From assembly GCA_016713115.1 (NCBI GenBank), contig JADJPU010000001.1, forward strand, positions 411,762 through 475,761: a stretch of 64,000 bases of DNA, in the 5' to 3' direction. Source of the stretch: Cellvibrionales bacterium (GTDB taxonomy: Bacteria; Pseudomonadota; Gammaproteobacteria; Pseudomonadales; UBA7239). A program made the translations under genes and the position numbers. The notes under the pieces were generated by a model. The model worked only from the letters and a program-made list of their open reading frames with translations, was not told where the DNA came from and did not search any database. Each line of letters opens with the position of its first letter. Position 1 is the first letter of the stretch. Shown here piece by piece: positions 34,983-45,334 of the stretch.

Positions 34983-36688
34983 ATATCGCCCTCTTGAGCG
35001 GTCACGGCTGGCTATTGCTCACGCTATTTATGTTGGTGCTGTTGGCCTGCGCCATACCGCTGGGTTTGTATATCGCAAAGCTGGCTGACAACGCACCACT
35101 CCCATATTTCAACCGCGCTGAGCAATGGCTGTACCGCTGTTGCGGCGTGCGCCCAGAGCAAGAAATGAGCTGGCTGCACTACTGCGGCGCTATTTTGCTG
35201 TTCAACATTGCTGGCTTACTCGCGCTGATGTTGTTGCAATTTGCGCAGGGCGCATTGCCATTGAACCCCGCCAACATGGGCGCTGTCACTTGGCACTCTG
35301 CACTGAATACTGCGGTGAGTTTTGTCGCCAACACCAACTGGCAGGGTTACGCCGGTGAGAGCACGATGAGCTATCTCACACAGATGTTGGGCTTGGCCGT
35401 ACAAAACTTTCTGTCTGCTGCCACCGGCATTGCGGTAGTGATTGCGCTGATCCGCGGGCTGGTGCGTCACAACGCCACCACGCTGGGCAACGCATGGGTG
35501 GATCTCACGCGCAGCACGGTGTATTTATTATTGCCGCTTTCAGTGTTGTGGGCGCTGCTGTTTATCAGCCAAGGTGTGATACAAAATTTCAGCGCCTATG
35601 TGGATGTCACCACACTGGAAGGCGCAAAACAAACACTGGCGATGGGTCCGGTCGCTTCACAAGAAGCCATCAAATTGCTCGGCACCAACGGCGGCGGTTT
35701 TTTCAACGCCAACTCTGCGCACCCGTTTGAAAACCCAACAGCATTTGCCAACTTTTTACAAATGCTGGCCATTTTTATTATTCCCGCTGCACTGTGTTTT
35801 GCGTTTGGCAAAATGGTGAAAGACATGCGCCAAGGCTGGACGGTTTACGCCGCCATGGCCATTTTGTTTGTGGTATTTGCCATCACGGCTATCTATGCCG
35901 AACAGCAAGCCAATCCTGTGCTCACCGCCTTGGGCATGGAGAGCAGCAGCGGCAATATGGAAGGCAAAGAAGTGCGCTTTGGCATTGCTGATTCTGCGCT
36001 GTTTACAGCCGTCACTACCGGCGCTTCCTGCGGTGCGGTGAACAATATGCACGATTCGCTCACACCGCTGGGCGGTGCCGTACCGACCGTTTTGATGCAG
36101 CTGGGTGAAGTGGTATTTGGCGGCGTCGGTTCTGGTCTGTACGGCATGCTGATCTTCGCCATACTCGCGGTGTTTATTTCTGGTTTGATGATCGGCCGCA
36201 CACCTGAATACCTCGGCAAAAAAATTGAAAAATTTGAAATGCAGATGGTGTCTATCGTCATTCTTGTCACACCAATGTTGGTACTGTTTGGCACGGCTTT
36301 AGCTGTGATGACGGAAGCGGGACGCGTTGGCGTTGCCAATCCTGGCGCGCACGGTTTTTCAGAAATTTTGTACGCGCTGACATCCGCCGCCAACAACAAC
36401 GGCAGTGCGTTTGCCGGCCTCTCTGCTAACACCGTTTTTTACAATTTATTGCTGGCGTTTGCCATGTGGTTTGGTCGCTTCGGCGTCATCGTGCCGGTAT
36501 TGGCCATTGCCGGATCACTGGCACGCAAAAAACGTTTGTCTACTGGCTTGGGCACGCTACCAACACACGGCGCGCTCTTCAGCGGCCTGTTGATCGGCGT
36601 GGTGTTGCTGGTAGGTCTACTCAACTATGTGCCGGCTTTGGCACTGGGTCCGATTGTTGAACATTTGATGCTGTTTAGCAGCCACTGA
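34979..36688 (+). CDS. kdpA: K+-transporting ATPase subunit A
   Basis: 569-aa polytopic protein with KdpA selectivity-filter-like segments (NTNWQGY, GTNGGGF, NNGSAF). Confidence 0.95.
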   Translation: MNIALLSGHGWLLLTLFMLVLLACAIPLGLYIAKLADNAPLPYFNRAEQWLYRCCGVRPEQEMSWLHYCGAILLFNIAGLLALMLLQFAQGALPLNPANMGAVTWHSALNTAVSFVANTNWQGYAGESTMSYLTQMLGLAVQNFLSAATGIAVVIALIRGLVRHNATTLGNAWVDLTRSTVYLLLPLSVLWALLFISQGVIQNFSAYVDVTTLEGAKQTLAMGPVASQEAIKLLGTNGGGFFNANSAHPFENPTAFANFLQMLAIFIIPAALCFAFGKMVKDMRQGWTVYAAMAILFVVFAITAIYAEQQANPVLTALGMESSSGNMEGKEVRFGIADSALFTAVTTGASCGAVNNMHDSLTPLGGAVPTVLMQLGEVVFGGVGSGLYGMLIFAILAVFISGLMIGRTPEYLGKKIEKFEMQMVSIVILVTPMLVLFGTALAVMTEAGRVGVANPGAHGFSEILYALTSAANNNGSAFAGLSANTVFYNLLLAFAMWFGRFGVIVPVLAIAGSLARKKRLSTGLGTLPTHGALFSGLLIGVVLLVGLLNYVPALALGPIVEHLMLFSSH

Positions 36689-36704
36689 ACCGAGGAGCAT
36701 CGTC

Positions 36705-38774
36705 ATGTCGATTAATACTTTTACTTTGTTTGATCCCGCGCTGGTGAAGCCAGCCATTATTGAATCGTTTCGCAAATTGGATCCGCGTATTCAATGGCGC
36801 AACCCGGTGATGTTTGTCGTCTATGTCGGCAGTTTGTTCACGACTTTGTTGTGGATGGATGCCCTGCGCGGCCAAGCTGATGCACCAGCAGGTTTTATTC
36901 TCGCCATCGCACTGTGGTTGTGGTTCACCGTGCTGTTTGCCAACTTTGCCGAATCACTGGCGGAAGGACGCAGCAAAGCACAGGCGGCATCGCTGCGCAC
37001 ACTCAAGCAAAAAACTTGGGCAAAAAAACTGCAAGCACCTTTCACCAAAGGCTCGCCGATTTACACCGTACCCACAGCAGAATTGCGCAAAGGCGATGTG
37101 GTGATTGTCACCGCCGATGACTTGATTCCTGCAGACGGTGAAGTGATAGAAGGCGTTGCCTCGGTGGATGAAAGCGCCATCACCGGCGAATCCGCGCCGG
37201 TGATTCGCGAATCCGGCGGCGATTTTTCTTCTGTCACCGGCGGCACGCGCGTGTTGTCGGATTGGATCGTGGTGCGCGTTACCGTCAACCCCGGCGAAAC
37301 CTTTGTCGATCGCATGATCGCGATGGTGGAAAACGCGGCGCGCCAAAAAACGCCCAACGAAATTGCGCTGACTATTTTGTTGGTGGCGCTCACCATCGTG
37401 TTTCTTGTGGTCACCGTCACCCTGCTGCCCTTCTCGCAATTCAGCGTAGCGGCGGCTGGCGCAGGCAGTGCCGCCAGTCTCACCGTGCTGATTGCGCTCT
37501 TGGTCTGTTTGATCCCCACCACCATCGCGGGCCTGCTCTCAGCGATTGGCGTGGCGGGCATGAGCCGCTTGCTGCAAGCCAATGTCATTGCCACTTCGGG
37601 GCGCGCAGTGGAAGCGGCGTGCGATGTCGATGTGTTGCTGCTCGATAAAACCGGCACCATCACGCTGGGCAATCGCCAAGCTTCTGCCTTTCTGCCCGCA
37701 GCCGGTGTCAGCGAACAAACGCTGGCCGATGCAGCACAACTCGCCTCACTGGCCGACGAAACACCCGAAGGTCGCAGTGTGGTGGTGCTGGCTAAACAGC
37801 GTTTTAATCTGCGCGAGCGCGACATTCACGCAATGGGCGCGCACTTCGTGCATTTTTCCGCGCAAACACGCATGAGTGGTGTTGATATGGACGGCCGCAG
37901 CATCCGCAAAGGTGCCGCTGAAACCGTGCGCCAGCATGTTGTGCAACTGGGTGGGCAAATGCCCGCTGAAGTGCAAGCCATCGTGGACGATGTGGCACGG
38001 CGCGGCAGCACACCGCTGGTGGTGTGTGATCTCGCCAAGGTGCTGGGCGTTATCGAACTGAAAGACATCGTGAAAGGCGGTATCAAAGAGCGTTTTGCCG
38101 AGCTGCGCCGTATGGGCATCAAAACCGTGATGATCACCGGCGACAACCGCTTGACGGCCGCCGCTATCGCCGCTGAAGCGGGCGTGGACGATTTTCTGGC
38201 GGAAGCCACACCGGAAGACAAACTGAAACTGATACGCAGCTATCAAGAGCAGGGCATGTTGGTGGCGATGACCGGCGACGGCACCAATGACGCGCCCGCG
38301 CTGGGGCAGGCTGATGTCGCCGTGGCCATGAACAGCGGCACACAGGCGGCAAAAGAAGCGGGCAACATGGTGGACCTGGATTCCAACCCCACCAAGCTGA
38401 TCGAGATTGTCGAAACCGGCAAGCAGATGCTGATGACACGCGGTTCGCTCACCACCTTCAGCATTGCCAATGACATCGCCAAATACTTCGCCATCATTCC
38501 GGCGGCGTTTGTCAGCACCTACCCGCAACTGGGCGCACTGAATGTGATGAGGCTCCACAGCCCGCAATCGGCCATTTTGTCGGCCGTTATCTTCAATGCC
38601 CTCGTCATCGTGTTTTTGATTCCGCTGGCCTTGAAAGGTGTGCCCTATCGCGCACTGGGCGCCGCCCTGTTATTGCGCCGCAATCTGCTGGTGTACGGCT
38701 TGGGTGGCGTGCTGGTGCCGTTTATCGGCATCAAAGTGATTGATCTGTTGCTGACTGCGGTCGGCCTCGTATAA
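36705..38774 (+). CDS. kdpB: K+-transporting P-type ATPase subunit B
   Basis: 689 aa with P-type motifs [23 protein letters not shown]. Confidence 0.96.
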   Translation: MSINTFTLFDPALVKPAIIESFRKLDPRIQWRNPVMFVVYVGSLFTTLLWMDALRGQADAPAGFILAIALWLWFTVLFANFAESLAEGRSKAQAASLRTLKQKTWAKKLQAPFTKGSPIYTVPTAELRKGDVVIVTADDLIPADGEVIEGVASVDESAITGESAPVIRESGGDFSSVTGGTRVLSDWIVVRVTVNPGETFVDRMIAMVENAARQKTPNEIALTILLVALTIVFLVVTVTLLPFSQFSVAAAGAGSAASLTVLIALLVCLIPTTIAGLLSAIGVAGMSRLLQANVIATSGRAVEAACDVDVLLLDKTGTITLGNRQASAFLPAAGVSEQTLADAAQLASLADETPEGRSVVVLAKQRFNLRERDIHAMGAHFVHFSAQTRMSGVDMDGRSIRKGAAETVRQHVVQLGGQMPAEVQAIVDDVARRGSTPLVVCDLAKVLGVIELKDIVKGGIKERFAELRRMGIKTVMITGDNRLTAAAIAAEAGVDDFLAEATPEDKLKLIRSYQEQGMLVAMTGDGTNDAPALGQADVAVAMNSGTQAAKEAGNMVDLDSNPTKLIEIVETGKQMLMTRGSLTTFSIANDIAKYFAIIPAAFVSTYPQLGALNVMRLHSPQSAILSAVIFNALVIVFLIPLALKGVPYRALGAALLLRRNLLVYGLGGVLVPFIGIKVIDLLLTAVGLV

Positions 38775-38792
38775 CGCGTTGGGAGACTCTTT

Positions 38793-39407
38793 ATGACTAC
38801 GCAAACCCATATTCCAGCCACCACTGCACCCGCCGCCCCGCCGCTGCGGCCTGCGCTCAGCCTTTTTCTCGCCCTGAGTCTGATCACCGGCGTGCTGTAT
38901 CCGCTGTTGGTCACAGCGTTGGGGCAGACGCTGTTTCCGCAGCAGGCCGCTGGCAGCCTCGTACAAGACGGCGATCACCTAGTCGGCTCGCGCCTGATCG
39001 GGCAAAGCTTCACCCAAGCTGGCTACTTCTGGAGCCGCCCCTCCGCCACCGGCTCAGCGCCCTATAACGCAACGGCCTCTGGCGGTTCCAACCAAGGGCC
39101 GCTGAACCCTGCACTGGCTGAAGCAGTGACAGCACGCATTGCCGCACTGCGCGCGGCAGATCCCGGCAACACCGCCGCCGTACCGGCAGATTTGGTCACA
39201 GCCTCCGGCAGTGGCTTGGATCCGCACATCAGCGTGACCGCTGCACAATACCAAGTCGCGCGCGTAGCCGCTGCGCGCAAAATACCGGCGGCCTCCGTGC
39301 AAGCACTCGTCGCGCAACACACCACACCGCGCGCCCTCGGCGTGTTTGGCGAACCGGTTGTCAATGTGCTGTTGCTCAATCGTGCGCTAGACGATCTCGC
39401 CGACTAG
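38793..39407 (+). CDS. kdpC: K+-transporting ATPase subunit C
   Basis: 204 aa with an N-terminal TM and KdpC pattern (GSRLIGQ.F....YFWSRPSA..YNA..SGGSN.GP.NP.L, SGSGLDPHIS). Confidence 0.93.
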   Translation: MTTQTHIPATTAPAAPPLRPALSLFLALSLITGVLYPLLVTALGQTLFPQQAAGSLVQDGDHLVGSRLIGQSFTQAGYFWSRPSATGSAPYNATASGGSNQGPLNPALAEAVTARIAALRAADPGNTAAVPADLVTASGSGLDPHISVTAAQYQVARVAAARKIPAASVQALVAQHTTPRALGVFGEPVVNVLLLNRALDDLAD

Positions 39408-39455
39408 CGCCGTTTCCGCCCCATTCTGTTTCTGCATACACTTCGGAGTTCTTCC

Positions 39456-40205
39456 ATGAAAATCATTAACGCAGTCAAAGCAGTCGCCGCTAGCGCGCTC
39501 ATGCTGACCGGTTCACAAGTCATGTCGCTGGAATTGGGCGCAGGCTTTGAAGGCAGCGCCAATATCGGCCTGTTCAGCAACTACATGTGGCGCGGCGTAA
39601 GCCAAACGCGCAACGGCGTAGCACTACAAGGTGGCGTGGACATCACGCACTCCTCCGGTTTCTACGCCGGCACTTGGATGTCTAATGTGAATTTCAAACT
39701 TGCGCCCAAAGCGCATACCGAGCAAGACATTTATGTAGGTTACGGCTTTGCCGTTGGCGATTTCGCATTTGACTTCAAACGCACGCAATACATTTATGAC
39801 AATGCCAACGCGCTCGACTTTGGCGAAACCCACGCGCAAGTGAGCTATGCAACGGACGATCTCGGAACTTTTGCTATCGGCGCGGACTACTCCAGTGACA
39901 CGCCAATTGCCAACTCCGACAGCGCCCTACACTACTACGGCTCGTACACCTATTCGTTGCCGATGGAAATCGGTTTGACCGCCACCCTTGGCCGCTACGA
40001 CTTCAAAGACGCTGGCTGGGTCGGCGGTACCGATTCTCAATATTCGTACTACAACATCGGCGTAGCGAAAGAGTTTTACGGCATCAATGTTGGTTTGGCA
40101 TACACCGACACCAACATCGACGAAAGCAACTGCAGCGTGTTTGCCGGCGGTGACAGCTACTGCGGCGCCGCCTTGGTGTTGTCTGCTGTGAAAACTTTCA
40201 AATAA
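39456..40205 (+). CDS. TorF-family (TIGR02001-type) putative outer-membrane beta-barrel porin embedded in the kdp locus
   Basis: Signal peptide, then the characteristic N-terminal pattern ..[41 protein letters not shown].. It has alternating beta-strand character and a C-terminal aromatic residue (..KTFK). Confidence 0.75.
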   Translation: MKIINAVKAVAASALMLTGSQVMSLELGAGFEGSANIGLFSNYMWRGVSQTRNGVALQGGVDITHSSGFYAGTWMSNVNFKLAPKAHTEQDIYVGYGFAVGDFAFDFKRTQYIYDNANALDFGETHAQVSYATDDLGTFAIGADYSSDTPIANSDSALHYYGSYTYSLPMEIGLTATLGRYDFKDAGWVGGTDSQYSYYNIGVAKEFYGINVGLAYTDTNIDESNCSVFAGGDSYCGAALVLSAVKTFK

Positions 40206-40300
40206 CGCATACAAATTTGTAAAGATATTTTATGAATCGCGTTTCAGGCATGATCTATACGACGCACAACAACTGCATTGCATAAGAGATTAGAGAACAC

Positions 40301-43009
40301 ATGCCACAACCCCCTGAACGGCCAGACCCAGATGCGCTGCTCGCCCGCGTACAACAGCAGGAAACGGCAGCGGTGCGCGGCAAGCTGAAAATCTACTTCG
40401 GCTCTTCAGCGGGCGTTGGCAAAACCTACGCCATGTTGAGTGCCGCTCATCGCGCCGTGGCAGAAGGGCGCGATGTAGTGGTCGGTTTGGTGGAAACGCA
40501 CGGCCGCGAAGAAACGGCGGCGCTAACAGACAACCTGGAACACCTGCCACTGCGTCAACTGACCTACCGCGAGCGCGTATTTCAGGAGTTTGATATTGAC
40601 GCCGCATTAGCTCGTTGCCCCAATTTGTTGTTAGTGGATGAGCTGGCACATTCCAATATTGAAGGTTCGCGCCACCCCAAACGCTGGCAAGATGTAGAAG
40701 AATTGTTGGCAGCGGGCATTGATGTCTGGACCACACTGAATGTGCAACATTTGGAAAGCCTCAACGATGTCGTTGGTGGTATTGCCGGCATTCTGGTAAG
40801 CGAAACCGTACCCGATCGCGTTTTTGATGCGGCCGATGAAGTGGTACTGGTGGACCTGCCCGCCGATGAACTGCTGCTGCGTTTAAAAGCGGGGAAAATT
40901 TATCTGCCGCAGCAAGCTGAACGCGCTGCCAGCAGTTTTTTTCGCAAAGGCAATTTAATTGCACTGCGCGAAATTGCTCTGCGGGGCACGGCCGATCGCG
41001 TAGAAGGCGATGTGCTGGCCTACCGCATCGAAAAATCCATTAACAGCGTTTGGAAAACTGACAACGCCATACTCGCGTGCATTAGTAGCAGTGAGGGTGC
41101 AGAGCGCGTAGTGCGCAGTGCCGCGCAATTGGCCAGACAAATCAATACCAGTTGGCACGCCGTGTATGTGGAAACACCTGCGCGACAACACATCATCGCG
41201 CAGCAACGAGAAAGCATGCTCAATGTTTTAAAACTGGCCGAACAACTGCAAGCGAAAACCGCTGTACTCACCGGAGAAAACATTGCGCAAACTCTGGTGC
41301 GCTACGCACGGCTACACAATTTGTCTTGCATTGTTGTCGGCTGCGACACCAGCTCGCGCCGCTGGCCGTGGCAACAGCGCGTGGGCGACGCTATCGCCGC
41401 CATTGCCCCCGATTTAGATGTACTGCGCATTGGCAAAGCAGAAAAAGACAACGCACAACGCAAAACTCATAGCGCCGTCACTACCAACATCACGCAATCA
41501 ACAGGTTGGACGCGCTACGTATGGACAACCGGTCTTTGTTTGCTGGCAACTTTACTAGCAACACCACTGGCAAACATTTTTGATCTTGCCAATATTGTGA
41601 TGCTTTTTCTGTTAACTGTATTAATGGTGTCAATGCGCTTCGGTCGAGGACCGTCTGTGTATGCATCCATCCTCAATGTATTTCTATTTGATTTCTTTTT
41701 TGTACAACCTAAGCTGAGTTTTTCCGTCAGCGATGTGCAGTATCTTTTCACCTTTGGCGTGATGTTGGCTGTTGGTTTAATTACGGGGCAGCTCACGGCA
41801 CGCTTGCGCTTTCAAGCCAGAATTTCCGCGCAACGCGAAGAACGCGCACACATGCTGTTTGAATTTGCGCGCGATCTTTCTGGCGCTTTGCAAACAGAGC
41901 AAATCGTGGATATCGGCGTGAATACGCTGCAGCGCATATTTGGTGGCAGCGCCGCACTGCTGCTGCCTAATCTCGATGAACAACTGCAAGTGCCGCAGCC
42001 CGCCGGTCACTGCCTTGATGTTGACCGCGCTATCGCACAATGTGCTTTTGATAAAAACGAGCAAGCCGGTTTTGCCACAGACACCCTACCCGCCAGTGAA
42101 TATCGCTACATTCCACTGCGCGCACCGGTGCGCATACGCGGCATACTCGCCATCAAACCGGAAAACAAACAATGGCTACTGATACCCGAACAACAGCGCC
42201 AACTGGAGACACTGGCGAGTTTGATTGCCATTGCACTAGAGCGCGTGCATTTTGTTGAGATTGCGCAAGACATGCTGGTGCGTATGGAATCTGAACGCCT
42301 GCGCAATTCGCTGCTCGCCGCTATTTCACACGACTTGCGCACGCCGCTGACCGCTGTGGTTGGTTTCGCCGACGCGCTAACACTCAAAGGGCTGCCGGAA
42401 AAACAACAACAAGACATGATTCAAGCGATTCATGAATCCGCCACGCGCATGCACACGCTGGTCAATAATTTGCTCGACATGGCGCGCATCGAAAGTGGCG
42501 AAATTCGCCTGAACAAAGATTGGTATTCACTGGAGGAAATCGTGGGCAGCGCTATTCGCTCACTGCAACCGATACTGAATCCATATCAAGTGCGCACGGA
42601 CATTCCTCTTGATTTACCACTGATAGCCTGCGACGCCGTTTTAATTGAGCGCGTGTTAGCCAACTTGTTAGAAAATGCGAGCAAATACACGCCGCCGCAA
42701 TCCACTATCGAGATCAGCGCACAAACTGCGCCCAATAACAGCTTGATGGTTACTGTTTCGGATAACGGCTCCGGCCTCCCTGCAGGGCAAGAACAATACC
42801 TGTTTGAAAAATTTACGCGCGGGAAAATAGAGTCCACTATCAATGGTGTCGGGCTGGGCTTGGCCATCTGCAAAGCCATTGTGGAAGCACACGGCGGCGA
42901 CATCACGGCGCGCAATCGCGAAAACGGCAGCGGTGCTGTCTTTGAATTTACACTGCCACTATCAAACCAACCTTCTTTCGACTCAGAACCAGACGGCAAG
43001 GCGAGCTGA
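40301..43009 (+). CDS. kdpD: Sensor histidine kinase KdpD
   Basis: 902 aa. N-terminal KdpD domain with Walker A (GSSAGVGKTYAM), a Usp-like region, 4 TM segments, GAF-like region, H-box ISHDLRTPLT, and an HATPase_c domain. Confidence 0.95.
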   Translation: MPQPPERPDPDALLARVQQQETAAVRGKLKIYFGSSAGVGKTYAMLSAAHRAVAEGRDVVVGLVETHGREETAALTDNLEHLPLRQLTYRERVFQEFDIDAALARCPNLLLVDELAHSNIEGSRHPKRWQDVEELLAAGIDVWTTLNVQHLESLNDVVGGIAGILVSETVPDRVFDAADEVVLVDLPADELLLRLKAGKIYLPQQAERAASSFFRKGNLIALREIALRGTADRVEGDVLAYRIEKSINSVWKTDNAILACISSSEGAERVVRSAAQLARQINTSWHAVYVETPARQHIIAQQRESMLNVLKLAEQLQAKTAVLTGENIAQTLVRYARLHNLSCIVVGCDTSSRRWPWQQRVGDAIAAIAPDLDVLRIGKAEKDNAQRKTHSAVTTNITQSTGWTRYVWTTGLCLLATLLATPLANIFDLANIVMLFLLTVLMVSMRFGRGPSVYASILNVFLFDFFFVQPKLSFSVSDVQYLFTFGVMLAVGLITGQLTARLRFQARISAQREERAHMLFEFARDLSGALQTEQIVDIGVNTLQRIFGGSAALLLPNLDEQLQVPQPAGHCLDVDRAIAQCAFDKNEQAGFATDTLPASEYRYIPLRAPVRIRGILAIKPENKQWLLIPEQQRQLETLASLIAIALERVHFVEIAQDMLVRMESERLRNSLLAAISHDLRTPLTAVVGFADALTLKGLPEKQQQDMIQAIHESATRMHTLVNNLLDMARIESGEIRLNKDWYSLEEIVGSAIRSLQPILNPYQVRTDIPLDLPLIACDAVLIERVLANLLENASKYTPPQSTIEISAQTAPNNSLMVTVSDNGSGLPAGQEQYLFEKFTRGKIESTINGVGLGLAICKAIVEAHGGDITARNRENGSGAVFEFTLPLSNQPSFDSEPDGKAS

Positions 43010-43010
43010 A

Positions 43011-43718
43011 ATGTCTGCAACACTGTCTAATGCTTCAGCGCCGAATATTGTAGTTATCGAAGACGATGCACAAATTCGGCATTTTATTCACACTGCGCTC
43101 AGCACAGAGGGCTGGCAAATTTTCGCCGCAGGCACATTAAAACAGGGCTTGATTGAAGCTGGTACACGCCGCCCAGACTTGGTGATCTTGGATCTTGGTC
43201 TACCCGATGGCAACGGCATCGATTTTCTGCGCGAGTTTCGCGGCTGGTCTAGTACACCGGTAATCGTACTCTCCGCGCGCACCGACGAGGCAGAAAAAGT
43301 AAAAGCGTTGGATGCTGGCGCTGACGACTATCTCACCAAACCTTTTGGCGTAGCGGAATTATTGGCGCGCATCCGCGCAAACTTGCGGCGCAATTTGCAC
43401 AAACAGGACGCAGAATCAGCCTTTTTTTCTTTTGGTGGAAATACGCTAGATTTTTCACGCCGCGTGGTCACACGCAACAAGGCAGAGGTTCACCTCACTC
43501 CCATTGAATACCGCCTGCTGGCAATACTCGCCACGCATCCGGGTCGCGTCATCACGCAACGGCAACTACTGCAAGAAGTGTGGGGACCGGCGCACAGCGA
43601 ACGCACGCATTATTTGCGCATCCACATGGGGCATTTGCGCCAAAAACTGGAGGATGATCCCGCACAACCGAAACACATTCTCACCGAAACCGCCGTGGGT
43701 TATCGCTTACAGCCTTAA
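43011..43718 (+). CDS. kdpE: Response regulator KdpE (OmpR family)
   Basis: The track ORF start at 42843 overlaps kdpD. ATG 43011 lies 1 nt after the kdpD stop. It has a receiver domain (IVVIEDDAQI..LVILDLGLPDG) and a winged-helix domain (LTPIEYRLL..VGYRL). Confidence 0.93.
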   Translation: MSATLSNASAPNIVVIEDDAQIRHFIHTALSTEGWQIFAAGTLKQGLIEAGTRRPDLVILDLGLPDGNGIDFLREFRGWSSTPVIVLSARTDEAEKVKALDAGADDYLTKPFGVAELLARIRANLRRNLHKQDAESAFFSFGGNTLDFSRRVVTRNKAEVHLTPIEYRLLAILATHPGRVITQRQLLQEVWGPAHSERTHYLRIHMGHLRQKLEDDPAQPKHILTETAVGYRLQP

Positions 43719-43726
43719 TTTTTTTC

Positions 43727-45208
43727 TTAACGGTTAGCCACCGCTTTGCCTGCCATGCGCCCTGAAAAAGTGGCATCACCCACTGACATACCCGAACCGT
43801 AACCATCGCCTCGGCGCGGCACGCCGGCGGCAGTTCTACCGGCGGCGTACAAGCCTTTAATTACTGAGCCATCTGTGCGCAACACCTCACCGGAAGGCAA
43901 GGTGTCCAAACCGCCCAGCGTGAAGCAGGGGAAAATCGCGCCGCGTTCCGGCGTGGCATCAAGCGCCACCAGTGGCGGCCGCATAGGCTTCAACCACTGC
44001 GCGGATTTGTGAAACAGCGGGTCTGCGCTTTTTGCAGCGTGTTCGTTGTAAAAGTTAATCGTGTGCGCGAGCGAATTGGGCGCAAAACCCAATTCCTGTT
44101 CCAACTCTTCTGGCGTTTCTCCGGTGCCGACAATATCGCCGTTGAAAAACGGTTTTCGATCAACATTGCCGTAATCTTCCACCGACACAATCATGTACAA
44201 ACGCTCGCCCGGTTGCTGCGCCGCGTAAGTGCCCACGCGACCGTGGTAGGCGTCTTCATTGATAAAACGCTGTCCCATCGCATTTACAAAAATGCCGTAA
44301 GTCATATTGCCCGGCGGATAAAAAGGAATCGTCATAAAACCTTCGTGCATATTGATGGCTGCGCCGCCCACGCTGATGCCCATTTGGATGCCGGTACCGG
44401 TGTCGCCCGGGTTGCCGATCGGAATATTGCCGCGCAGTAATTTCGGCGCGTATTTCTGCAGCATCTCGCGGTTCATAATGAAACCGCCCGCACACAACAC
44501 CACGCCCTTGCGCGCTTTTACAAACCGCTCTTGCATATCAATGCGCACCACCACGCCATGCACACCGCCGTTTTCATCAGCGATCAAACACAGAGTGCGC
44601 GTATCGTAATGCACGCAAATATTTTTTTGTTTTTCGACATTTTCCGTGAGTATTTTCATCAACAGCGGGCCGCCGTTGTCACCTTCCACTTGCAAGTTGT
44701 GGCCACGCGCCACCGGCTTGGCAATATCGCGAAACGGCCACGCTTTTTCATTGCCGGTGTAGAGCAGGCCGTCGTCGGTCAGCGCCACGATCGCGCGTTT
44801 ATCGAGAAAAGAATCTTTAAACGGCACGCCCTGCGCCACCAACCAATCGAAATGCTCCACTGCACCTTCGGCATAGGCGCGCACTTTGTTTTCGTCGGCT
44901 TGCGGGCCGTGGCAGGCCATCAAAAAATTAAACATATTGTCGGTGGAATCTTCAAAACCGCTGGCTTTTTGCACGCGCGTGCCACCGTTGCCGCCGAGAT
45001 ACACCTCGCCGGACGACATCGCCGTCGAGCCGCCGCTCGCACTCGCCAATTCAAAAATCATCACCTGTGCGCCAGCATTTGCCGCTTCCAACGCAGCGCA
45101 GGCACCCGCGCCGCCAAAGCCGACGATGGCAACATCGGTTTCAAAATCCCACTGCGGTACATCTTTCAATAAAACGGGGCGTGCCGGTGTGTAACGCGTT
45201 TCGCTCAT
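43727..45208 (-). CDS. FAD-dependent oxidoreductase, KstD / fumarate-reductase-flavoprotein-like
   Basis: ATG 45208 after AAGGA gives MSETRYTP..DVAIVGFGGAGACAALEA (GxGxxG). The FAD_binding_2-type C-terminus is ..GLYAAGR..; 493 aa. Confidence 0.75.
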   Translation of the reverse strand: MSETRYTPARPVLLKDVPQWDFETDVAIVGFGGAGACAALEAANAGAQVMIFELASASGGSTAMSSGEVYLGGNGGTRVQKASGFEDSTDNMFNFLMACHGPQADENKVRAYAEGAVEHFDWLVAQGVPFKDSFLDKRAIVALTDDGLLYTGNEKAWPFRDIAKPVARGHNLQVEGDNGGPLLMKILTENVEKQKNICVHYDTRTLCLIADENGGVHGVVVRIDMQERFVKARKGVVLCAGGFIMNREMLQKYAPKLLRGNIPIGNPGDTGTGIQMGISVGGAAINMHEGFMTIPFYPPGNMTYGIFVNAMGQRFINEDAYHGRVGTYAAQQPGERLYMIVSVEDYGNVDRKPFFNGDIVGTGETPEELEQELGFAPNSLAHTINFYNEHAAKSADPLFHKSAQWLKPMRPPLVALDATPERGAIFPCFTLGGLDTLPSGEVLRTDGSVIKGLYAAGRTAAGVPRRGDGYGSGMSVGDATFSGRMAGKAVANR

Positions 45209-45334
45209 GGTGAAATCCTTACTGTAAAAAAATCGAAGGCACGCATGATACTGCGCAGCGTGCATTGTGAGGCCAAAAGCGTGGCGGTATAGTTGGCCGT
45301 CACACGAAATCCACAACAATGAGCGGGGACTCGC

